Origin: Promethearchaeota archaeon Loki_b32 | GTDB lineage: Archaea > Asgardarchaeota > Lokiarchaeia > Sigyniarchaeales > SOKP01 | Reading direction: 5' to 3' | Length of the DNA stretch: 27,063 nt | NCBI GenBank assembly: GCA_005223125.1 | Contig: NJBH01000043.1 | Span: 1 to 27,063, forward strand | Shown: positions 18,879 to 26,469 of the stretch, piece by piece | Layout: each line of letters begins with the position of its first letter | Position numbering within the stretch: position 1 is the first letter of the stretch | Notes under the pieces: generated by a model | Seen by the model: the letters and a program-made list of their open reading frames with translations, nothing else | The model's database searches: none | What the model was told of the DNA's origin: nothing | Program-made: the position numbers and the translations under genes

Positions 18879-19832
18879 ATGCCTTTAAATGAAGAACACA
18901 TTTTAAAATTTTTAGACAATGAATCAGATACTAAAGCTAAATCTGAATTAATTAGTTTATTAAAGACGCGAATAGATAAATTGTGTTTTGACGAATGTGA
19001 GCGAGATAGGATAACATGTACTTTACAGCCAAAATGCTCAAGAAGATTCTTGCTTAAATTGAGGATTAAGGGAGGACTCACTATAGATGATTTACCAAAA
19101 TTCTGTTATAGTGTTCATAAAGGTGTGGTTGAAAGATTCTTTCGAAATAAAACTGTTATTTATAGGCCATTTGATGCATATCTCTATATAATTGATTTTT
19201 TTGACATTTTCTTTCATGGGGATTATCGTAAATTAAATAAATTCGTTTCATTTAAAAAATGGGATGAAATTTTTAAGATATTTGATGATAGGATACAAAA
19301 TAGAAATGAAAATTTTGATTACTTATTAATAGATAATTACTTAATCATCAAATTTGACGACCGCTTACATATTGCCTTTTTAGAAGAAAAGTATGCCATT
19401 TGTAACTCTAATCGTGAAAATATTGCAAGTCTTGAATTATTATATGGGATCTGCAAATTACATGCTGCTCTATATTTTTCTGAAGTAAAATTAACGTACA
19501 TGACTTCTAAACATGTAGAAATTACTCTTAAAATACCTTATGATGTTTTAACAAAGATTTCAGAAGAACCCTCCATTGCAAACAATTCTAAAGCAGACCA
19601 ATATTTTTGGAATACTTTTTGGGAAGATCTTAATGCTTTAACACAATACTGTGATCAAATTAATTTGAATATAGATAAAAATCAAAATTTAGAAATAATT
19701 TTATACATCAGTCTTTTAACTAATAATTTTAATGAAGTAGGAGAGAAATTACCATTAAGATTTAGAGATTTACGATTAATATTTAATTTCATAACTCGAA
19801 TTTATACAGATTATTATATACTTTGGGTATAA
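18879..19832 (+). CDS. Hypothetical protein with an N-terminal Cys cluster
   Basis: 317-aa ORF with C-x3-C-x6-C-x5-C and a later CYSVH. No recognised family. Confidence 0.75.
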   Translation: MPLNEEHILKFLDNESDTKAKSELISLLKTRIDKLCFDECERDRITCTLQPKCSRRFLLKLRIKGGLTIDDLPKFCYSVHKGVVERFFRNKTVIYRPFDAYLYIIDFFDIFFHGDYRKLNKFVSFKKWDEIFKIFDDRIQNRNENFDYLLIDNYLIIKFDDRLHIAFLEEKYAICNSNRENIASLELLYGICKLHAALYFSEVKLTYMTSKHVEITLKIPYDVLTKISEEPSIANNSKADQYFWNTFWEDLNALTQYCDQINLNIDKNQNLEIILYISLLTNNFNEVGEKLPLRFRDLRLIFNFITRIYTDYYILWV

Positions 19833-19861
19833 ATAAAAGAACATAAAAAGAGGATATTAAG

Positions 19862-21136
19862 ATGAGTGATGATAAGAAAGATTCTATAGAAATTACTCAA
19901 ATAAAAGATTTTGTGAATGATGGTAGATTTGATGATGCCGTACAAATATTTGCTCTTTACATTGGAGACGCTACTGAACAAGAATATTTAGATAGGCTTG
20001 AAGATATGATTGAAACTCTTTTAACATTACATGGTGGACGTACAGTATTACGTTTCTTGATTGAAAACCTCATTATTGATATACCATCTTTATTGGAAAA
20101 CCTTTCAAAGAAGGATTCAGTATTGCGATATACCTTTTTATTACTATTAAGAACGATTTGTGAGAAAGAGTGTAATCTTTTTCTTCCTTATAGTGAGGAT
20201 TTATTAAACTCAGAGGATCCAAATGTTCGGGAAGCAGCATTACAATTATTAATCTATATGGCAGGTGGGGAAGCAACCATCGATGATGAAGTTCTTATAA
20301 AAGTTGTACTAACAAAATTATCTGATAAAAAGGATTTCGTTGTAGAAAAAGCTATTCAAGCTTTAAAAACAATAGGACAAAGATCACCTAAATTAATGAC
20401 AAAAATTCTAACTGAATATGCCAAAGAAATTTCAATTATCCCCGAGAATGAAGAAATAAGAGAATCAATTGATCAAATTTTAAAATCTATTGTTTCTGTT
20501 GATAAAATTGAAGAGATTGTAGAAGAAGAAATCATAAAAAAGGAATTTTTAGAAGATGAAATTGTGACTTCAGAATTAAAACCAGAAGAAGAGAGGGAAG
20601 GTTTTTTAAAAGAAGAATCAGAGATATTGGATAAAGAATTTGAGTTAAAAAAGAAAGAATTAGAGATTAAAAAAAGAAAATTAGAATTGGAAGAAAAAGA
20701 AAGGGAAATTGAGGAAAAAGTAATCAAAAAGAAAGAAGAAGTCCTTATGCTTAAAGAAGAAATCTTAGAAAATCAAAGTGAATTTGGAGTGAAGATTGAA
20801 AAAAAAATTCCTAAAAAACTCAAGAAAAAAGAAGAAGAAATTATTGACAAAGAGATTGAATTAAAAAAGAAGGACTTAGAAATCAAGAAAAAGAAATTAG
20901 AAATAGAAGAAAAAGAGAAAGAATTGGAAGAAAAGGAAATTTTAGAGAGAGAAAAGGTTTTAAAATTAAAAGAAGAGTTAATAGAAAAGGAAAAAGCACT
21001 ATCTCAAGTTGAACTAGAATTAAAACAAAAATCAATCGAGCAGAAACAACAGAAGATACAAGAAGAAGAAATGAAAAGAGTTGAAGAAGAACTTAAAAAG
21101 GCTCTACAAAAAGAGGAAGAAAGTAAGGAAGATTAA
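19862..21136 (+). CDS. HEAT/ARM-repeat protein with a long E/K-rich C-terminal coiled coil
   Basis: HEAT units LSKKDSVLRYTFL, LLNSEDPNVREAALQLL and LSDKKDFVVEKAIQALKTIG. The last ~200 aa are mostly E/K/L/I. SD-like AGAGGA upstream. Confidence 0.85.
   Translation: MSDDKKDSIEITQIKDFVNDGRFDDAVQIFALYIGDATEQEYLDRLEDMIETLLTLHGGRTVLRFLIENLIIDIPSLLENLSKKDSVLRYTFLLLLRTICEKECNLFLPYSEDLLNSEDPNVREAALQLLIYMAGGEATIDDEVLIKVVLTKLSDKKDFVVEKAIQALKTIGQRSPKLMTKILTEYAKEISIIPENEEIRESIDQILKSIVSVDKIEEIVEEEIIKKEFLEDEIVTSELKPEEEREGFLKEESEILDKEFELKKKELEIKKRKLELEEKEREIEEKVIKKKEEVLMLKEEILENQSEFGVKIEKKIPKKLKKKEEEIIDKEIELKKKDLEIKKKKLEIEEKEKELEEKEILEREKVLKLKEELIEKEKALSQVELELKQKSIEQKQQKIQEEEMKRVEEELKKALQKEEESKED
20612..20986 (+). 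repeat. Internal duplication in the coiled coil: two ungapped ~53-codon units with a 216-nt period
   Basis: EESEILDKEFELKKKELEIKKRKLELEEKEREIEEK...LKEEILE (20612-20770) aligns with KEEEIIDKEIELKKKDLEIKKKKLEIEEKEKELEEK...LKEELIE (20828-20986). Confidence 0.75.
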
Positions 21137-22176
21137 TCATCTCCAACATTTTCTTCAAAATCCATACTTGATTCAGGTTTAATCTCAATAGGAGTAGTAT
21201 GTAATCTTCTAACTATTTTCCTTATTTCCTCAATTTTCATACTCTCTGGAGGTAAATTAATCTGTACATCTTTCGCTAGTTTATAAGCTAATTCGATATA
21301 CTTGAGATCTTCTAAGAATTCGATCATTTGGATTTTGTAATCTACATCCAAAGTTCCTCCTGTATACTCCATTAGTTTTTCTTTAAGTAAAATATCAATT
21401 TTATCTGATCTCTCAACATATTTAACTTTCTTAACTAACTGCTTAAAACTATTCATAATATTATACATTTCAGATTTAGAATAACTATCAATGTTTTTTA
21501 GAACATAGAAAATATAAATTTCAGCTTTTTCCCATCTTTTAAATCTCAAACTAGCCTCAACTAATTCTAATAACGCTTGTTCATAAAGAAATTTACTTTC
21601 AACATTTGGGATGATTTTTTCAAAGATCCAATCAAGCAAATTAGGTTGATTAAACTTTTCAATTATATCAATTAAGAATTTCTCCACAGAAAAATATAAT
21701 TTAGCATTTTCCGTTTTTGTTGGAGAAAGAAAAGAAACTAAAGCATATTTAACACGTCCCATAGCATCTTCTAAATTTAGGGGTGTTTCAGCAAATTTAT
21801 AAAAAGCGGATTCCAAGATAGGAATTATTTTTTCTTTAGCATCAAAATCATAAACGAAATATTCGCCCCATGCAGGACTTGGTCCGGTAGTTTTCTTGGG
21901 TGTTGTTAACTTTTTCTCTCCTGGAGTACGTGGAGCTTTTTTCACTTTAGGTTTCTCTGCCTTTAATTTGTCTGAGATTTCTTTAACCTGTTCATCAGAT
22001 AAGAATTCCAGGACTATTTTATCCTTTTCTTTAGGAACAAACAATCTGAAATATACATCAGCATCTTCTTCAAATAAAGATTCTCTTAGGTCTTTTGGAA
22101 AAGTAATTCCTGTTTTTGTTTTCTTTACAACCTCCTCAAAAAACGGTTGATCATCGGAATTCTGATTTTCTTCCAT
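21133..22176 (-). CDS. Hypothetical protein: AbrB/SpoVT-like N-terminal domain, Lys/Pro linker and all-alpha (TPR-like) C-terminal region
   Basis: GITFPKDLRESL...VYFRLFV...DKIVLEF resembles the AbrB swapped-hairpin pattern. The remainder is helical. Its stop overlaps the convergent gene's stop at TTAA 21133-21136. Confidence 0.65.
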   Translation of the reverse strand: MEENQNSDDQPFFEEVVKKTKTGITFPKDLRESLFEEDADVYFRLFVPKEKDKIVLEFLSDEQVKEISDKLKAEKPKVKKAPRTPGEKKLTTPKKTTGPSPAWGEYFVYDFDAKEKIIPILESAFYKFAETPLNLEDAMGRVKYALVSFLSPTKTENAKLYFSVEKFLIDIIEKFNQPNLLDWIFEKIIPNVESKFLYEQALLELVEASLRFKRWEKAEIYIFYVLKNIDSYSKSEMYNIMNSFKQLVKKVKYVERSDKIDILLKEKLMEYTGGTLDVDYKIQMIEFLEDLKYIELAYKLAKDVQINLPPESMKIEEIRKIVRRLHTTPIEIKPESSMDFEENVGDD

Positions 22177-22261
22177 ATGTATATTATTTTAATTATACTT
22201 TTAAAATTCATTATTGAAGATTTAAGAATAAATTCTCAATAAGGTAGAACAAGTTATTTTT

Positions 22262-22855
22262 TTAGCCTGTAATATTAACTAACTCAATACCTCTGTGCTG
22301 GAAGTTTCGATCTATGAAACATAATATCGCGTGACCCTTGTGGCTATAAACTATAGGAACAGGATGAGATTCTGCATTTTCAATTACACTTTTTTTAATA
22401 AATAGAGGAAGAACTGTATTACACACTCTACATTCTACATGAATTCTTTTAACTAAATCTAAATCTGCAAAATTCATTATTATATCTTCAGTATTTTGTT
22501 TAAATCTCTCAAAAAGACCAGGAGAAAAATTACCATATGATAATATTACCTCTACATCATAGGCCTCATTAAATTTTAAATCTATATACTCCAGCAATGC
22601 TTCAAGTAACTGATATTGGACTCTTGGATTTGCTCCCGCTGTATATATAAGGTTATGCTTTCTGATATATACAATTTTCATATTCCCCTTGTCTTTATGA
22701 AAGAAAATATCACTTATGGGATTTTCCTTAATTATGTTTAAGTCTAGGTCAAATCTCCTCATAGATCTTGCTGGTTTCCACTCAAATAATGTAAATTTCT
22801 CATTACTAATATTAATAAATTCCAGGAATTCTGCAATATTTTTATATACGGACAT
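22262..22855 (-). CDS. Longin-like domain protein with a C-terminal CxxC/His (putative Zn-binding) domain
   Basis: GNMKIVYIRKHNLIYTAGA...LLEALLEYIDLKFNEAY...FERF resembles adaptin sigma/mu and TRAPP longin folds. The tail has CRVC...HKGH...FIDRNF. The ATG at 22855 follows the SD-like GGAGTGA. Confidence 0.7.
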   Translation of the reverse strand: MSVYKNIAEFLEFINISNEKFTLFEWKPARSMRRFDLDLNIIKENPISDIFFHKDKGNMKIVYIRKHNLIYTAGANPRVQYQLLEALLEYIDLKFNEAYDVEVILSYGNFSPGLFERFKQNTEDIIMNFADLDLVKRIHVECRVCNTVLPLFIKKSVIENAESHPVPIVYSHKGHAILCFIDRNFQHRGIELVNITG

Positions 22856-23066
22856 AAATTCACTCCATCCTACTTTCAGTTTTGAAATTATAAATTTTAA
22901 TCTATTTAAGTTAACAATCTTATGGTTGCACAAAAGATTTTCTAACTAACTAATGAGATTTCTCATATTTATATCTTTCATTAAGCAAGTTTATGTAAAA
23001 TGAACTTTTCGAATATTATATAATTTAATGAAAAGCTAATAAATTAGTGAACAATTATATTACCTC

Positions 23067-23897
23067 ATGATAGCAGAAGCGAACGGAATCAAAATTTCAT
23101 ATGATCTAAAGGGAAAGGGTTTTCCTCTAATTTTGATTCATGGATTTGGCTCAAAAAAAGAAATTTGGAAACCCCAAATAATAGATTTCAGTAAAAAATA
23201 TAAAACAATAACATTTGATTTAAGGGGAACTGGAAAAACAGATAGACCTAATTATCCTTATACAATGGAGATGTTTGCTGATGATATAAAGGGTTTAATA
23301 GATTATTTGAAAATTGAATCAGTTCACCTTATAGGGCGATCTCTAGGTGGAATGATTGCTCAGAATTTTGTTTTAAAATATCCTCAAAATGTAAAAAAAC
23401 TCGTTTTAATAGCTACTAATGCAATATTCGATAATGAGAGTGCTGTAGATTTAGTTATAAATAATCGAATAAAAGATATTGAATTAATAAAAAAAGATCC
23501 TGTTAAAGCATTTTGGAATAAATCTCTTTTTGTATACCATCAGAAATTTCGACAAGAGCTCAAACAAAATCCGAAAAAGAAGTTTTATAACGCTTTTTCA
23601 TTAGAAGATCTAATAGAGGAGAGTACAATAAATCCCTCAAGAGCTCAAGATATTAATAATCAAGGAAATGCAATGAAAGGACATAATACTTTAAATCGAT
23701 TAAATCAAATAAAAAATGAAACACTCCTCCTTGCTGCTTCTCATGATAGACTTATTCCTAAATCCTTGATGGTTGAGATAAATAAAAGAATTTCAAATAG
23801 TATTTTGAAAATTATTGATAAAGCAGGGCACTTTATGACGTTTTCCAGGGCAACTGAAGTAAATAATATCATTTTAGATTTTCTGAATTCTAAATAA
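23067..23897 (+). CDS. Alpha/beta-fold hydrolase
   Basis: Oxyanion motif IHGFG, DLRGTG, nucleophile elbow GRSLGG, acid HDRL, catalytic His in AGHF. Confidence 0.93.
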   Translation: MIAEANGIKISYDLKGKGFPLILIHGFGSKKEIWKPQIIDFSKKYKTITFDLRGTGKTDRPNYPYTMEMFADDIKGLIDYLKIESVHLIGRSLGGMIAQNFVLKYPQNVKKLVLIATNAIFDNESAVDLVINNRIKDIELIKKDPVKAFWNKSLFVYHQKFRQELKQNPKKKFYNAFSLEDLIEESTINPSRAQDINNQGNAMKGHNTLNRLNQIKNETLLLAASHDRLIPKSLMVEINKRISNSILKIIDKAGHFMTFSRATEVNNIILDFLNSK

Positions 23898-23942
23898 CTG
23901 TTTTCTAATTTAATTTATAAAATAATTGAGAAGTGAAATTTA

Positions 23943-24800
23943 TTGAATAAAAAAAAAAATAAACAAGAAAATAATGAGTTTCAAGAAACTCTTAGAACAA
24001 ATGAGTATAAAAACCTAACATTTACTATAATTTTAGTCCGACCTGAGCATTCTGGGAATATAGGGTCAATAGCTCGTGTTATGGAAAACTTTAATTTTAA
24101 TAATCTAGTAATCTTTAATCCTATTGAGAGTGTTGACAATATATTAAGTTATGAAACCCAGGGATTTGCCATGCACGGGAAAGATATCCTCTCTAATACT
24201 AAAATTATAGAAATAAAAAAACAAGATAATCATCTTACAGAATTTAAAACTCTACTTGGGACATTTGATTATGTTATCGCAACAACTGCTAGGGGTAAGA
24301 GTTATGCAAATATTAGAAGGTTAGCTATTTTTCCAGAAGATCTAACTCTTCCAATATCTGTAAAACCCTTAAAAATTGCTATTCTGTTTGGAAAAGAATC
24401 TCGAGGATTAACGAATGAAGAAATAAGTCTTGCAGATATCCTCTTAAGGGTCCCAACCAACAGTGAATATTCCGCATTAAATATATCTCATGCTTGTGGA
24501 ATTATTTTATATGAAATTTTTAAAAAAATTAACTTACTTACTATTAGTAGAGGAGAACATCCCGTGTTACTTGCTGATAGAAAAGATCGATTAATTTTAT
24601 ATAATATAATAAAAAATATAATAGAAAAATTGAAAATTCGGTCTTATAAAGAAGAAAATGTGTTTTTAGCATTTAAAAACATTTTTGGCCGGAGTTTGAT
24701 GTCAACTAAAGAATTAAGCTTGATCTTAGGTTTATTTTCTAAAGTAAATTCAATTCTAGAAAATCTAAATCTATATGAAAAAAAAATTAAACAAAATTAG
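23943..24800 (+). CDS. trmJ: SPOUT RNA methyltransferase, TrmJ/LasT family (tRNA C32/U32 2'-O-methyltransferase)
   Basis: LVRPEHSGNIGSIARVMENF, VIATTAR, LFGKESRGLTNEE, YSALNISHACGIILYE, and a helical C-terminal domain. Start codon uncertain. Confidence 0.88.
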   Translation: MNKKKNKQENNEFQETLRTNEYKNLTFTIILVRPEHSGNIGSIARVMENFNFNNLVIFNPIESVDNILSYETQGFAMHGKDILSNTKIIEIKKQDNHLTEFKTLLGTFDYVIATTARGKSYANIRRLAIFPEDLTLPISVKPLKIAILFGKESRGLTNEEISLADILLRVPTNSEYSALNISHACGIILYEIFKKINLLTISRGEHPVLLADRKDRLILYNIIKNIIEKLKIRSYKEENVFLAFKNIFGRSLMSTKELSLILGLFSKVNSILENLNLYEKKIKQN

Positions 24801-24861
24801 ATAGGATTAGCCTTACCATTCAAGAATGGGATGAACAATCCAAATGAGAAAGGTAGATTAC

Positions 24862-25503
24862 TTAGATAAAGACTTTTTTCTGCAATCTTACATATTCATT
24901 ATAATACAGGAATTCCTTTTCAACATATTCATGAGCAATCTCAAATAATTGCCTAAACAATTCCTCTGGAAAAGCTTTTTGTTCAAAAATAACTTCATTT
25001 ACTAATTCTTCAGTGAGAATCTGCGAATTAATTGGCTGATGCATAACTAAAAAATTCATCATTGCCTTATCTACCTTAGATTTAATGAGATTTTTTATGA
25101 ATTTCAAGCTGATATCTCGCTTGGGATCAATAAAATAAGGGTAATTCATATCATCTAAAATTTTGATATAACTCAAAGATTCTATGATTTTTTCTACACA
25201 ATAATCTAATGAACTTACTGGAAGCCCGAATTTATGACAAAAAACTTTCTTAGTTTCATGAACAGGAAACGCAAAAGGATGCCTAGAGATGATATAATAA
25301 GCCGCTACAAAGAATTTATATAAATTATGAGGTATTTTTCTATTATTTCTCAAATATTTATAGACTACTGAAATAGTATCTAATAAATAATCTGTATTAA
25401 TATCAAATTGCTGCAAAAACTCTTGACCGTCTTTTATTAAATCGATAGTAATGCGCTCTTTAGTGTTAATAACTTCATAATCAGGGGTATAGAGTTCTAA
25501 CAT
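24862..25503 (-). CDS. Protein with a single TFIIB/cyclin-like repeat plus a helical C-terminal domain
   Basis: PHNLYKFFVAAYYIISRH...ETKKVFCHKFGLPVSSLDYCVEKIIESL parallels the TFB repeat (AAxhYhxxR...TxxEhxxxxGh). No Zn ribbon. ATG 25503 preferred. Confidence 0.6.
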   Translation of the reverse strand: MLELYTPDYEVINTKERITIDLIKDGQEFLQQFDINTDYLLDTISVVYKYLRNNRKIPHNLYKFFVAAYYIISRHPFAFPVHETKKVFCHKFGLPVSSLDYCVEKIIESLSYIKILDDMNYPYFIDPKRDISLKFIKNLIKSKVDKAMMNFLVMHQPINSQILTEELVNEVIFEQKAFPEELFRQLFEIAHEYVEKEFLYYNEYVRLQKKVFI

Positions 25504-25540
25504 TTTACACACATAGGGTATAATATTTAAATGACACACT

Positions 25541-25628
25541 TATAATATATGAATATTATATGATCCTCTTCATTTATAAATCTATGCATCTTCAGTGATG
25601 CATTAAATGATCATTTGTGCAAATATTT
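25541..25628. promoter_or_regulatory. Divergent promoter region with clustered inverted repeats (candidate operators)
   Basis: TATAATAT-N4-ATATTATA (25541-25560), ATGCATC-N6-GATGCAT (25584-25603), the perfect palindrome AAATGATCATTT (25605-25616), and AAATATTT (25621-25628). Confidence 0.5.
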
Positions 25629-25687
25629 AAATACTCGAAAAAAAATGATCTTAATAAGCAACAAAATTTTGTCGGTAAATTAAAAAA

Positions 25688-26113
25688 ATGCCATCAGAAA
25701 CAAAAAAAACATCGGAATTACTGAGACGTACTTTCAGTTTAAGTGCTTTCGATGAGAGGGTAATAAGTCTGATGGCAAAAAAAAGAAAACAATCTATTTC
25801 AGAAACAATTCGGAATCTGGTACATAATTGGGTTGAGAACAACCCCGTATTATTAAAAAGTAATTATGATATTGATTTAACTGATATTACGAGAGAAATT
25901 GAGATAACAGACTATAATCAAGTTATACAAGCCTCAATTCAAAAATTAGTAAAATATTCAGAACTATTTAATGAAATTGAATCTGATATTTTAGCAGATC
26001 AACTAGAAATTAGTAAAAAGATTCTAAGAACAATCATTTTTGATCATAAAAATAAATTGGAAAAGCTTGGTGTTAAGCTTAGAATTCGAGGAAAGTTAAT
26101 TGTAAAAGAATAA
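25688..26113 (+). CDS. Ribbon-helix-helix (CopG-like) DNA-binding protein with a C-terminal winged-helix (PCI-like) domain
   Basis: RHH: RRTFSLS (beta), then ERVISLMAKKRK and SISETIRNLVHNWV. C-terminal region: EIESDILADQLEISKKILRTII...LRIRGKLIV. Confidence 0.7.
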   Translation: MPSETKKTSELLRRTFSLSAFDERVISLMAKKRKQSISETIRNLVHNWVENNPVLLKSNYDIDLTDITREIEITDYNQVIQASIQKLVKYSELFNEIESDILADQLEISKKILRTIIFDHKNKLEKLGVKLRIRGKLIVKE

Positions 26114-26127
26114 GAGGAATATATAAT

Positions 26128-26352
26128 ATGAGTTCAGGAAAATTATATAAATTTCATATTAATGAATCTATTGAGGAAACCTTTGAATCAGAAGTAGATA
26201 TTTCTAAACTTATTATTCCATTTTCACGGCTTTTTAAGAAGTATGAGTCTTGTGATATTTACTCAGGAAAAGAGGAGATTCCGTTTAAAGAAAGAAATCC
26301 TGAATATAAAATGATTCTTATGCAAGAATTTTCTAATTTATTAAAAATTTAA
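26128..26352 (+). CDS. Small hypothetical protein (possibly a truncated remnant)
   Basis: 74-aa ORF 14 bp after the RHH gene with AGAGGA upstream. No motif recognised. Confidence 0.45.
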   Translation: MSSGKLYKFHINESIEETFESEVDISKLIIPFSRLFKKYESCDIYSGKEEIPFKERNPEYKMILMQEFSNLLKI

Positions 26353-26469
26353 TCAGATGTTTTATTTCGAAAATGAAATCCCTCTTCATGCATATCTCAG
26401 ATTACAAAAATAGAGTGTATCTAAAGGTTAGAAAAACACCTGAAATTTTCATTTTAGCATGAAAAGAAC

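Noticed and set aside
20581-21130. A/G-rich repetitive DNA as a CRISPR or non-coding repeat array
   Set aside because: It is fully explained by Glu/Lys codons in an open frame. There are no identical repeats with unique spacers.
24801-24861. Possible SECIS element or sRNA in the convergent spacer after trmJ (CCATTC-AA-GAATGG hairpin, ATGA...GA)
   Set aside because: The stem is very short, there is no convincing kink-turn helix or C/D box pair, and neither flanking gene has an in-frame UGA.
25688-26352. RHH gene plus small ORF as a type II toxin-antitoxin pair
   Set aside because: The downstream ORF shows no PIN, RelE/ParE, HEPN or other toxin motif, and the RHH protein has an extra folded domain.
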